Source: Spirochaetales bacterium
GTDB taxonomy: Bacteria > Spirochaetota > Spirochaetia > JAGLYY01
Length of the DNA stretch: 43,724 nt
Direction of reading: 5' to 3'
Assembly: GCA_023131935.1 (NCBI GenBank)
Contig: JAGLYY010000172.1
Location: 1-43,724, forward strand
Position numbers and translations under genes: made by a program. The notes under the pieces are model-generated. The model was given only the letters and a program-made list of their open reading frames with translations, was not told the DNA's origin and made no database searches. The stretch's first letter is position 1. Every line of letters begins with the position of its first letter. Positions 9,486-18,253 of the stretch are shown one piece after another.

Positions 9486-10280
9486 ATGATGAGATCCTTA
9501 TGGACAGCAGCCTCCGGTATGACCGGACAACAGTTTAATATTGATACCATTGCGAATAACCTATCCAACGTGAATACTACAGGCTTTAAACTAACAAGGG
9601 CGGATTTTGAGGATCTCCTATACCAGACCAATAGAATAGCCGGAACACCGGCAACTGAGCTTACCACAATCCCAACCGGGATACAGGTTGGGCATGGTGT
9701 TAAGGTTGCGGCTACCCAGAAGATTTTTACCCAGGGAGCTCTCCAGAACACCGGGAATATCGCGGATATGGCAATCCAGGGGGAAGGGTTTTTCCGTGTA
9801 CTGCTGATCGATGGAACTTACGGTTATACCCGGGATGGATCATTTAAAATTGACAGCAATGGTCAGCTTGTTACATCCAATGGGTACCGGCTCATGCCGG
9901 ATGTTGTTTTACCGGAGAATTTTGTACGTGAAAGCCTGACAATAGCTCAGGATGGGCGGATTACCGTGAAAGTCGCGGGGAATGATGATCCAATAGAAAT
10001 CGGCCAGCTCGAAATTTACCGGTTTGTGAATCCTGCGGGGCTTCAGTCAATCGGAGAAAACAGCTACAAGGTCACTAATGGTTCAGGTCCGGCAATAGGG
10101 GGTCGTCCAGGCTTTGACGGCATGGGGAAGGTTATACAGAAGTTCCTGGAAATGTCCAATGTTTCTGTTGTCCAGGAGATGGTTAATATGATCGTAGCCC
10201 AGAGGGCTTATGAACTTAACTCCAAGGCGATCCAGACTTCCGATACGATGCTTGGGATTGCAAACAACTTGAAGCGGTAA
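9486..10280 (+). CDS. flgG: Flagellar basal-body distal rod protein FlgG
   Basis: 264 aa. Contains SLWTAASGMTGQQFNIDTIANNLSNVNTTGFK and NVSVVQEMVNMIVAQRAYELNSKAIQTSD. Typical FlgG length. Confidence 0.9.
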   Translation: MMRSLWTAASGMTGQQFNIDTIANNLSNVNTTGFKLTRADFEDLLYQTNRIAGTPATELTTIPTGIQVGHGVKVAATQKIFTQGALQNTGNIADMAIQGEGFFRVLLIDGTYGYTRDGSFKIDSNGQLVTSNGYRLMPDVVLPENFVRESLTIAQDGRITVKVAGNDDPIEIGQLEIYRFVNPAGLQSIGENSYKVTNGSGPAIGGRPGFDGMGKVIQKFLEMSNVSVVQEMVNMIVAQRAYELNSKAIQTSDTMLGIANNLKR

Positions 10281-10319
10281 TATGTATCGCGACAGGAATC
10301 TGGAAAAAAAGGTGGATAA

Positions 10320-10634
10320 ATGAGCGCCATTGATTCAGCAATGCTGCAACTACGGTATCAGCCGATAAAAGCACCCAGGGGGAATAACAACTACGCTGGA
10401 ACCGACAAGAAAGACCAGAAGCTCTTCGATGTATGCCAGGAATTTGAAGCGATATTTATAAAGCAAATGCTCAATGCAATGAGAAAGACCGTTAATAAAG
10501 AGGGACTTCTTGACGGAGGGATGGCGGAAGAGATATTCGAAGACATGCTTTACGATGAATATGCAAAGAAAATGGGAAAAACAGCAAGCTTTGGATTAGC
10601 AGAGACCATCTATAAACAACTGACAAAGGGATAA
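10320..10634 (+). CDS. Rod-binding protein (FlgJ N-terminal-domain-like)
   Basis: 104 aa. FEAIFIKQMLNAMRKT...EEIFEDMLYDEYAKKM...FGLAETIYKQL matches the rod-binding family pattern. It follows flgG directly. Confidence 0.75.
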   Translation: MSAIDSAMLQLRYQPIKAPRGNNNYAGTDKKDQKLFDVCQEFEAIFIKQMLNAMRKTVNKEGLLDGGMAEEIFEDMLYDEYAKKMGKTASFGLAETIYKQLTKG

Positions 10635-10649
10635 AACTGAAAAGGAAAT

Positions 10650-10674
10650 AAAGTATACTATTGTATACCTTTTT
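10650..10674 (+). terminator. Weak AT-rich hairpin plus T-run after the rod operon
   Basis: AAAGTATAC-TATT-GTATACCTT followed by TTTTT. Short AT-rich stem with one mismatch. Confidence 0.3.
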
Positions 10675-10760
10675 ACGATTAGTACAGTGATTAAATACTG
10701 CCCAATAAGCAAATCTTTATACAGTAAGGAATTATAAAATTCTATAAATAAATAACAAGT

Positions 10761-10776
10761 TGGCATGAATATTGCA
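10761..10776 (+). promoter_or_regulatory. Sigma-54-type -24/-12 promoter element TGGCAT-GAATA-TTGCA
   Basis: Matches TGGCAC-N5-TTGCW at 10 of 11 specified positions with consensus spacing. Lies 22 nt upstream of the sigma-factor ATG (10798). Confidence 0.5.
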
Positions 10777-10797
10777 TTGTATTAGGTGGAGTTGTTT

Positions 10798-11643
10798 ATG
10801 AACAGGAAACGAATACATGCAGTAAAACATGAAGACGCATTAAAAGCTTACTTTCAGCAAATCAAGAAACCCCCCCTTCTTACTTTCGAGGAGGAGCTTG
10901 AACTTTCCAGACGGATTCAACAGGGGGATGAAAAGGCAAGGCAGAAACTTGTTGAAGCAAATCTCCGTCTTGTGGTAAAAATAGCAAAAGCATACATGAC
11001 ACCGGACATGACGTTTCTGGATATCGTACAGGAGGGGAACCTCGGACTCATTAAAGCAGCTAATAAGTATGATCACAGTAGAAATGTACGGTTCAGCACT
11101 TACGCTGCCTGGTGGATTAAACAATCAATAGTAAGAGCACTTTCAAATAAAAGGCGCACAATTCGGCTGCCTCATAGAAAAGAAGAGGCATTGAAAAAGA
11201 TACAGAAGACCTACTACTCCCTTACCCAGAAATTATTAAGGAAACCCTCGATAGAGGAGGTCTCCAGGGAACTGAGGATGAAAGAGCATGAGGTAACAGA
11301 AATACTCAGCGCCTCAAGCGGTGTTGCCTCCCTCGATAGTGATATCAACTTCGATTCCGGATCCCTCATGGATGTCTGCGAAGATTATTCGTATGACCCC
11401 GACAGGGCCTTTATGGATAAGTGTCTTAAGGAAGACACTATAAGGTTTCTCGAGCACCTGATGGAAAAAGAAAAACAGATTCTCATGTATCGTTTTGCCT
11501 TCTATGGCGGGAAAAAATATACTCTCAAGCATATCGGTGAACAGATGGGTATTTCTCCGGAAACCGTAAGACAGATTGAAATGAGAGCTATCAGGAAGCT
11601 CCGGGAACATGCTGATGAATTAAGTGAGTACGTATATAATTAA
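10798..11643 (+). CDS. RNA polymerase sigma-70-family factor, group 2 (RpoS-like)
   Basis: Regions 1.2-4.2 are recognisable: LVEANLRLVVKIAKAY, DIVQEGNLGLIKAANKYD, FSTYAAWWIKQSIVRAL, RTIRLPHRKEEAL, TLKHIGEQMGISPETVRQIEMRAIRKLR. About 281 aa from ATG 10798; the track start GTG 10786 is the alternative. Confidence 0.85.
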   Translation: MNRKRIHAVKHEDALKAYFQQIKKPPLLTFEEELELSRRIQQGDEKARQKLVEANLRLVVKIAKAYMTPDMTFLDIVQEGNLGLIKAANKYDHSRNVRFSTYAAWWIKQSIVRALSNKRRTIRLPHRKEEALKKIQKTYYSLTQKLLRKPSIEEVSRELRMKEHEVTEILSASSGVASLDSDINFDSGSLMDVCEDYSYDPDRAFMDKCLKEDTIRFLEHLMEKEKQILMYRFAFYGGKKYTLKHIGEQMGISPETVRQIEMRAIRKLREHADELSEYVYN

Positions 11644-11690
11644 TCATTACCTCTTGACCCTCACGGTGATTTTGCCTAGGTTACACTGAG

Positions 11691-12602
11691 GTGAAACGAG
11701 CAACAAAGAAACGCAGCAAAATGAACAGTAAACTCAGCCAGGCATACACATTGTGTGGAGTTATCGTGGCGCTGCTTTTAATCATACTTTTTCTGTTACC
11801 TGGAACTATTAAAAAAACTACAATCCGGGAGAAAGAGCAGCAGGAAAAAGTATCCGAAAATGGATATCCTGAAACTATAGAAGACGATAGGGAGCATGTT
11901 GGAAAGGTCAAACCTCAGTTGTATTTCATTATTGATGATGTGGGTTACGGTCTGACCGAATTGAAACCCTTTCTGAAATTTCCAGGCCCTATTACCTTTG
12001 CCATTCTTCCGGGAACACCCTATGCCAGAGAAGCTGCCCGGCTTATCAGGCAATACGGGAAGGATATTATCATTCATCAGCCAATGGAGCCTGTTGGAAA
12101 TGAAAATCCGGGACCTGGAGCGATTTACACTTCTATGTCATCGGAGGAGATTAAAAAGATCCTCCTTGAAAATATAAGAGAAATACCCCATGCTAAGGGT
12201 ATGAATAATCATATGGGTTCCCGCGCGACTGGTGATCCTGAGGTGATGAAGGTTGTATTTGATGTTCTGAAAAACAGAAAGATGTTTTTTTTGGATAGTA
12301 TGACAACCCCAAATTCTTTGGGTCTGGAAATTGCGCAAGGGATCAACTTGCCTTATACGAAGAGGAACACTATGTTTTTGGACAACGAAAAAACCAGGGA
12401 ATCCATTCTGGAAGCTATCATGGAGGGAGGGAAGACCGCAAGAAAGAAGGGGCATGCCTTTATGATTGGCCATGTGACTACGTCAGAACTTGCGGAACTT
12501 CTTCTCGAACTATACCCAACCTTTATCGAGGATGGCTATACGATAAAAGAATTGTCGGAGTATTTTCTTGGGGGTGAGGCCTATGAGGATTCTAGGAATT
12601 GA
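11691..12602 (+). CDS. Divergent polysaccharide deacetylase family protein (YibQ-like)
   Basis: 303 aa. N-terminal TM segment, then YFIIDDVGYG...FAILPGTPYAREAARL...IIHQPMEP...NNHMGSRAT motifs typical of the YibQ family. The start is uncertain (GTG 11691 or ATG 11721). Confidence 0.7.
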   Translation: MKRATKKRSKMNSKLSQAYTLCGVIVALLLIILFLLPGTIKKTTIREKEQQEKVSENGYPETIEDDREHVGKVKPQLYFIIDDVGYGLTELKPFLKFPGPITFAILPGTPYAREAARLIRQYGKDIIIHQPMEPVGNENPGPGAIYTSMSSEEIKKILLENIREIPHAKGMNNHMGSRATGDPEVMKVVFDVLKNRKMFFLDSMTTPNSLGLEIAQGINLPYTKRNTMFLDNEKTRESILEAIMEGGKTARKKGHAFMIGHVTTSELAELLLELYPTFIEDGYTIKELSEYFLGGEAYEDSRN

Positions 12603-13596
12603 AAGTTCCTGCGATGAATGTTCAATGGCTGTCGTTGAGGATGGAAAACGGATACTCAGCAATGTTATTGCTACCCAGATAGATATCCACCGGCCCTACA
12701 AAGGGGTAGTTCCTGAAATCGCATCCAGGCTCCACACAGAGTGGATTGTTCCGGTACTCAATGACGCTCTCTCAAAGGCAGGTATAACTCTAAAAGAAAT
12801 AGAGGGTATTGCCGTTACTAATCGACCCGGGCTTATTGGTTCGCTATTAGTGGGCCTTTCCTTTGCCAAGGGGTTGAGTATGTCTCTGGGAATTCCTTAT
12901 ATCGGGATAAATCATATTAAAGCCCATCTCTATGCTCCCCTTCTTGAAGAGGATATCCCGTACCCCTTTATCGGTCTTCTTGTTTCCGGTGGACACACGA
13001 TTATCTGTCGTGTTGATGGGTTTGATTCAATTGAAATTCTCGGGACAACTATAGATGACGCTTGTGGCGAGGCTTTTGACAAAGTAGCAAAATTCTACGA
13101 CTTTGGTTATCCCGGTGGGGTAGCTATTGATAAATTGGCCAGGAACGGCAATTCGAAGGCTTTTAATTTTCCTGGTCCGAATCTCCATAAAGGGGACCAC
13201 CGTTACGATATATCTTACTCCGGGCTGAAGACGGCAGTGGTTAACCAGTTGGATCAGTTTTGGAACAGGGAATATGAAAAAACACCGGAGAACATAGCCG
13301 CAAGTTTTCAAAAGACCGCAATTAATATCCTGTTAAAACGGCTGAAACGAGTCATAGAAGACACTGGCCTGAGAAGAGTAGTCGCTGGTGGCGGTGTCGC
13401 CGCTAACTCCTACCTGAGGAGTGAGCTTTCTGCTATGAAGGAGGTGACAACTGTATATCCTTCCCTCCCTCTATGCACCGATAACGGGGCCATGATCGCA
13501 GGTATTGGATATCACTATCTTGCGCGCGGGGAGGCGGCTCCGTTATCAGAGACTGTATCTGCAAGAGTTACCGGATTTCGGAAAGCCTATCCATAA
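12583..13596 (+). CDS. tsaD: tRNA N6-adenosine threonylcarbamoyltransferase TsaD
   Basis: MRILGIESSCDE..., LLVSGGHT and GGGVAAN motifs. ATG 12583 with GGTGAGG SD is preferred over the track start 12568. Overlaps the 3' end of the upstream gene. Confidence 0.92.
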   Translation: MRILGIESSCDECSMAVVEDGKRILSNVIATQIDIHRPYKGVVPEIASRLHTEWIVPVLNDALSKAGITLKEIEGIAVTNRPGLIGSLLVGLSFAKGLSMSLGIPYIGINHIKAHLYAPLLEEDIPYPFIGLLVSGGHTIICRVDGFDSIEILGTTIDDACGEAFDKVAKFYDFGYPGGVAIDKLARNGNSKAFNFPGPNLHKGDHRYDISYSGLKTAVVNQLDQFWNREYEKTPENIAASFQKTAINILLKRLKRVIEDTGLRRVVAGGGVAANSYLRSELSAMKEVTTVYPSLPLCTDNGAMIAGIGYHYLARGEAAPLSETVSARVTGFRKAYP

Positions 13597-13665
13597 ACAT
13601 TGACAGACTAAAATAGCCATACTACTATTCCCACTGGAATAAGCAAAGAAGGAGTGGTGAGGTCC

Positions 13666-14193
13666 ATGGCTTTTGATCTCGATAAGGCAATCAGGAAAAT
13701 CCCCGATTTTCCCAAAGAAGGGGTCCTTTTCTACGATATTACAAGTATCTTAACAAATGTGGAAGCTTATAACTGGTGCATACAGCAGATGGATTTGTTT
13801 TATGGTAAAAAGAAAATCGATGCTGTCGCGGCAATCGAAGCCCGTGGTTTCCTTTTCGGGTCCCCTTATGCCGTAAAAAAGGGGATTCCTCTTATCCTAA
13901 TCAGGAAAAAGGGGAAATTACCGGGAAAGACGGTACAGAAAAAATTTGCCCTGGAGTATGGAGAAGATATTATTGAAATTCACCAGGAAGATATCCCGAT
14001 CGGAAAGAATGTTCTTCTTGTAGATGATCTTCTTGCTACCGGAGGGACTATGGCGGCAGCAGCCCAATTGCTAACCGAGTTCGGGGCCCGGGTCACTGAT
14101 ATCTTTGCGGTAATCGGGCTCCCTTTTCTGAACTACGAGGAACACCTGAAGGATTACGATATCACCACTCTTTTAAATTACGAAGGTGAGTAG
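13666..14193 (+). CDS. apt: Adenine phosphoribosyltransferase
   Basis: IPDFPKEGVLFYDITSIL and the PRPP-binding motif VLLVDDLLATGGT. ATG 13666 with GAAGGAG upstream; the track start GTG 13654 is the alternative. Confidence 0.92.
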   Translation: MAFDLDKAIRKIPDFPKEGVLFYDITSILTNVEAYNWCIQQMDLFYGKKKIDAVAAIEARGFLFGSPYAVKKGIPLILIRKKGKLPGKTVQKKFALEYGEDIIEIHQEDIPIGKNVLLVDDLLATGGTMAAAAQLLTEFGARVTDIFAVIGLPFLNYEEHLKDYDITTLLNYEGE

Positions 14194-14238
14194 AGGGAAG
14201 TAATCGAGTCAGGTGGGTTATAATAAAACTTACTGGGA

Positions 14239-14267
14239 TTGACAAAAGTTATTTCATCTAGTAGATT
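14239..14267 (+). promoter_or_regulatory. Sigma-70 promoter TTGACA-N17-TAGATT for the tRNA-Gln/tRNA-Glu pair
   Basis: Consensus -35 at 14239-14244, a 17-nt spacer and -10 at 14262-14267, 14 nt before the tRNA 5' end. Confidence 0.6.
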
Positions 14268-14281
14268 ATCGACCGTTATGA

Positions 14282-14352
14282 TGCCCGATTGTGTAATGGT
14301 AGCACTCCGGATTCTGGTTCCGTCTGTGGGGGTTCGAGTCCTCCTCGGGCAG
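14282..14352 (+). tRNA. tRNA-Gln (anticodon CTG)
   Basis: Hand-folded cloverleaf: acceptor TGCCCGA/TCGGGCA, anticodon arm CCGGA-TTCTGGT-TCCGT, T-arm GGGGG-TTCGAGT-CCTCC-like. Close to the E. coli tRNA-Gln layout. No encoded CCA. Confidence 0.85.
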
Positions 14353-14357
14353 TTAAT

Positions 14358-14429
14358 GGTCCCTTAGTCTAGTGGTTAGGACGGGAGATTCTCAGTCTTT
14401 AAACAGGGGTTCGACTCCCCTAGGGACTG
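14358..14429 (+). tRNA. tRNA-Glu (anticodon CTC)
   Basis: Hand-folded: acceptor GGTCCCT/AGGGACT, D-arm GTC-TAGTGGTTAG-GAC, anticodon arm GGAGA-TTCTCAG-TCTTT, T-arm AGGGG-TTCGACT-CCCCT. No encoded CCA. Confidence 0.85.
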
Positions 14430-14430
14430 T

Positions 14431-14458
14431 AAGCCGGCTTTCAAAGCCGGCTTTTTTT
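14431..14458 (+). terminator. Rho-independent terminator after tRNA-Glu
   Basis: AAGCCGGC-TTTCAAA-GCCGGCTT hairpin (8-bp GC-rich stem) running into a T7 tract. Confidence 0.85.
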
Positions 14459-14539
14459 ATTACAAATTGCCGAACGGATAAGATATGGAAGGCACAGAGG
14501 CTGAAGGCTGTCAGGTATTAATCAAACACCCTCGAAAAC

Positions 14540-14568
14540 TTGACCTTAACATACAGTTCCCCTAGAAT
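14540..14568 (+). promoter_or_regulatory. Sigma-70 promoter TTGACC-N17-TAGAAT abutting the start region of the 585-aa ORF
   Basis: -35 at 14540-14545 and -10 at 14563-14568. ATG codons at 14569 and 14575. No SD is present. Confidence 0.5.
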
Positions 14569-16326
14569 ATGAGTATGGAAGCAGAATCCATATTCGATCA
14601 ACTCGCCTCTCAACTGTCTCCGGAGGAGCGCTGCGATCTGATTTCCAAGATAAACGCCTCAGTTACCTGCAATCAGGAGCCAATAGCCGATCTTCCTGTT
14701 CAGCAGGAAAAGATGGATCTTGGAAGAATATTTCATTCTCTTGGGTTTTTTAAAAGATTATTTATTCTAATAAAAGCTCTTTTTTCAACCAAAGAGTGGA
14801 ATGGAATTCTTGAAGATGATCTTCTCAAAGAAATCAGCAAAAAGATAGAGAGAGTTGCGCCGGAGCTCATTAATTATAGTACCGGGGACTTCGAGAAACT
14901 TCTCGCCGACCAGCTTTTAAAGCTGATGTCCGCTGTTCAGGTGTTTGCCCGGCCATTAAAGAAAGCAATTGGAACCGAACGGAACGATTTCATTGCTTTT
15001 ATCGGAGGGATGGAGCTGCCCCTCATTGAAAGGAGACTGGAAATTGAGACAAACCCATACAGCATCGCATCCCAATTGACCGATCCGACTAATCATGAGG
15101 TGAAACAGAGGATTGAAGATCATTTAGATGATATTTTCGAAAATATCCCGAACAGTGACCGCCAACAGATGTACATGGATATCCAGGCTTTGCAGCTTCT
15201 TTATCGTCTTTCCTCCTTTTCATGGAATCATGTCCAGAAGTTGTTTGTCCGCGCCGAAGGTTCAGGAACCTTGAGGTGTTCTTTTCCCGATTTACGGCCG
15301 TACCTTGTTGAGCTGACAAATATTCTTTTCAGTATGACGGTGCCCCCAGGGCCAATTGCCCTTCAGGCAATCTTCATGTTCGCAGACGCGGATGAGCAGG
15401 AACGGGATGATTCTTCAGAGGAGTACCTGAAGAAGATGATTGGGAAGAGCAATAATGCTCTATCACAGATGCGGAATCTCGTTTCTCTTGTTCCCCTCAT
15501 CGATATTATGAAGCTTATCTCGCGGAATCTTTCCTATGCGCCCAAAAAAATAGGAGGTGGTGAAGACTGGTTTGTTGTTTTTCGGACTTTCTGGCATAAC
15601 CGTTCATTGAAGCTTTACGAACAGTACACTTTAGAAAAAAAACGCAAGTTCCTTGAGGAGGAGATGAAGGGATTCGTCAGAGCTGAATCTGTGAAATCTT
15701 TACATTATTACCAGTCGGGGATATGGGGAAAAGAGATCCAGGTTCAATATCCCCTTACCTTAGGTTTCATTCAAACCTTCCAAAATAGTATGTATGAGAG
15801 AGAAATACTACCGACTTTAAAAATAATTCTAATAAATGGGGAATTCTATAAAAAGCAGAACAGGGAGGATTTTACCTGGGCTGTCGAGACAATTAAGAAA
15901 GTCAGCGAGCAGATCGGCCTGATGGAAGAACAGTTAACGGTTAAAGGGGAGATTGGAAAGGAGGTAGGAAAAATAAAAAAGGAGATGACTCCTTTACGAA
16001 TCCGCCTCCTGGAAATTAAAGAACAGCTGAAAAATGCTGATATCATAGCAGAAGAGGTATTCAGAGCCACACAGAAGAATTTCCAACTTCTTATTGATCT
16101 TTTAAAAGGGATCCTCTACGGCGAGGTTGGCGGAAGATACGATACTTTGAGAAATCTTGCATATATTTCCCAAAAAGAGGGAGAATCCCTCCGGCAGGCA
16201 CTGCCGAAGGTTCTTGCGAACCTTGAAGTCGCTCTTAAGCTTATTCAGCAATCCTTTGACCTTGAAGCCCAGCTCATCCCTTCAGGAGGTAAAAATGACG
16301 ACAAGGATGAGACCGAAACTGGATGA
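14569..16326 (+). CDS. Uncharacterised large cytoplasmic protein (no domain recognised; helix-rich, coiled-coil-like C-terminal third)
   Basis: 585-aa uninterrupted ORF with ordinary composition. No TM or signal peptide seen. The true start may be ATG 14575. Confidence 0.7.
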   Translation: MSMEAESIFDQLASQLSPEERCDLISKINASVTCNQEPIADLPVQQEKMDLGRIFHSLGFFKRLFILIKALFSTKEWNGILEDDLLKEISKKIERVAPELINYSTGDFEKLLADQLLKLMSAVQVFARPLKKAIGTERNDFIAFIGGMELPLIERRLEIETNPYSIASQLTDPTNHEVKQRIEDHLDDIFENIPNSDRQQMYMDIQALQLLYRLSSFSWNHVQKLFVRAEGSGTLRCSFPDLRPYLVELTNILFSMTVPPGPIALQAIFMFADADEQERDDSSEEYLKKMIGKSNNALSQMRNLVSLVPLIDIMKLISRNLSYAPKKIGGGEDWFVVFRTFWHNRSLKLYEQYTLEKKRKFLEEEMKGFVRAESVKSLHYYQSGIWGKEIQVQYPLTLGFIQTFQNSMYEREILPTLKIILINGEFYKKQNREDFTWAVETIKKVSEQIGLMEEQLTVKGEIGKEVGKIKKEMTPLRIRLLEIKEQLKNADIIAEEVFRATQKNFQLLIDLLKGILYGEVGGRYDTLRNLAYISQKEGESLRQALPKVLANLEVALKLIQQSFDLEAQLIPSGGKNDDKDETETG

Positions 16327-16411
16327 AAACAGTATCATTGAAATGCTTGCCTCGATTGGTTATTTCGAGTAATCTCATCCGCGTCAGAACGCCCTTGGAT
16401 AAGGATTCCAC

Positions 16412-18163
16412 ATGGATCACATGAGTACCTATCAACAGAATTGGAAAAAGAAAATAGCAGGAGCCCTGAAAGCTGTCGCGGCAGACCGGGATATCGATTT
16501 CTCTGTAGAAGAAGATGATCTCCTCATCGAAAAACCGCCTAAACCTGAAATGGGAGACCTTGCTTTTCCCATGTTCCCTTATGCCCGTTTTTTTAAGACC
16601 TCGCCAGGTAAGATAGCAAAACAGGTTGCGGCCAAAATGGGAAGCGATACAACCGCGGCCGGCCCTTACATAAATATAACCGTCGACATGGGAGAAGTCG
16701 CGGAGGATCTGCTAAAGCAGATTCATGAAGAGGGAGAAGAATTTGGCAGAAATACCTCGCTTAACGGGCAAAAGATCATGGTGGAGTTTTCCTGCCCAAA
16801 TACCAACAAACCTCTCCATTTGGGGCACCTCCGAAACGATACAATCGGTGAAAGTGTTTCCCGGATACTGTTTGCAAATGGGGCGTGTATCAACAAGGTT
16901 AACCTGATCAATGACCGGGGTATTCACATTTGCAAGTCGATGCTCGCTTATAAGAAATTCGGCGAAGGGGTAACCCCTGAATCTTCCGGAAAAAAGGGGG
17001 ACCATCTCGTAGGTGGTTTTTATGTAAAATTTGGTAAATGGTCAAAGGAAGATCCTTCAGCTGAAGAACAGGCGAGGGAAATGCTAAGGCTCTGGGAGTC
17101 GGGAGATCCTGAAGTTACAGAGCTCTGGAATACCATGAACCGGTGGACCATTGAAGGTATCGAAGAAACCTATAAGAAGACAGGAATTTCTTTTGATAAG
17201 AAATATCTGGAGAGTGAAACCTACTTCAGGGGCCGAGAGCTTGTGCATGAAGGCCTCGAGAAGGAGATTTTTTATAGAGAGGAAGATGGTTCGGTCTGGA
17301 TAGATCTGAATGATGTTAAACTCGATAGAAAGGTCTTACTGAGGAGTGATGGCACCACCCTCTATCTGACTCAGGATATTGGTACCGCGGTTGCCAGGCA
17401 TGATGACTGGCCCTTTGAAAGGCTTATTTATGTAGTCGCATCTGAACAGCAATACCATTTTCAAGTCCTTTTTGAAGTCCTTTCCCGTCTTGGATTTCCA
17501 TGGGCAAAGAATCTTCATCATTTGAGCTACGGAATGGTGAATCTTCCGGAAGGGAAGATGAAAAGCAGGGAAGGCACTGTGGTTGATGCCGATGACCTTG
17601 TAGCTGAACTGACAGGAATGGCAAAAGAGGAGATAAAATCGAAGGGGAGAGACGAAGAGGTTGATAATCTTGAGGCTACCTCCGCGAAAATTGCCCTTGG
17701 GGCCTTAAACTATTACCTGTTACAGGTATCCCCAACGAAAGATATGATCTTCAATCCCGCTGAGTCCATCTCTTTTAACGGGAACACAGGACCTTACCTT
17801 CAGTATATGGGAGCAAGAATCTCCAGTATGCTTCGTAAGTACGAGGAGCGGAAAGAATCCTATTCCGGTGGGAAAGTGGATTCCCGGCTCCTTACCGTTG
17901 CCGAAGAGCGTGAATTGATCAAATTGCTTGCTGAATATCCGGGAATCGTAAATCGGGCTGGGGAGGATTTGAACCCCTCTTTCATCGCCGCCCACCTGTA
18001 TGAAATCTGTAAGACCTTCAGCAGGTACTATCACGATAATCCCGTCCTTCACAATGAAAGCAAGGACCTGGTGAAAACGCGGATTCACCTTTCCGGTGCG
18101 ATTTTGCAGGTGTTAAAAAATGGGTTCTTTCTGTTAGGAATGCCATTCCTTCCCACGATGTAG
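16412..18163 (+). CDS. argS: Arginine--tRNA ligase
   Basis: 583 aa. Class-I HIGH variant PNTNKPLHLGHLRN, KMSKS variant GKMKSREG, and an anticodon-binding C-terminus ending ...LGMPFLPTM. Confidence 0.93.
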   Translation: MDHMSTYQQNWKKKIAGALKAVAADRDIDFSVEEDDLLIEKPPKPEMGDLAFPMFPYARFFKTSPGKIAKQVAAKMGSDTTAAGPYINITVDMGEVAEDLLKQIHEEGEEFGRNTSLNGQKIMVEFSCPNTNKPLHLGHLRNDTIGESVSRILFANGACINKVNLINDRGIHICKSMLAYKKFGEGVTPESSGKKGDHLVGGFYVKFGKWSKEDPSAEEQAREMLRLWESGDPEVTELWNTMNRWTIEGIEETYKKTGISFDKKYLESETYFRGRELVHEGLEKEIFYREEDGSVWIDLNDVKLDRKVLLRSDGTTLYLTQDIGTAVARHDDWPFERLIYVVASEQQYHFQVLFEVLSRLGFPWAKNLHHLSYGMVNLPEGKMKSREGTVVDADDLVAELTGMAKEEIKSKGRDEEVDNLEATSAKIALGALNYYLLQVSPTKDMIFNPAESISFNGNTGPYLQYMGARISSMLRKYEERKESYSGGKVDSRLLTVAEERELIKLLAEYPGIVNRAGEDLNPSFIAAHLYEICKTFSRYYHDNPVLHNESKDLVKTRIHLSGAILQVLKNGFFLLGMPFLPTM

Positions 18164-18188
18164 AGTTAGAAGGAGAAACGGCCCTCTA

Positions 18189-18218
18189 TTGACCTGTATC
18201 AGCCGATTGTGCTATATA
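18189..18218 (+). promoter_or_regulatory. Sigma-70 promoter TTGACC-N17/18-(C)TATATA upstream of rplU
   Basis: -35 at 18189-18194 and -10 region at 18212-18218. About 36 nt upstream of the rplU ATG. Confidence 0.5.
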
Positions 18219-18253
18219 GAGGGCTACGAGAATACAGTGATTGAGGTTCATTA

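Noticed and set aside
10361-10368. Exact GCCGATAA (sigma-28 -10 consensus)
   Set aside because: It lies inside the rod-binding-protein coding sequence, with no TAAA-type -35 at the right distance and no gene positioned downstream.
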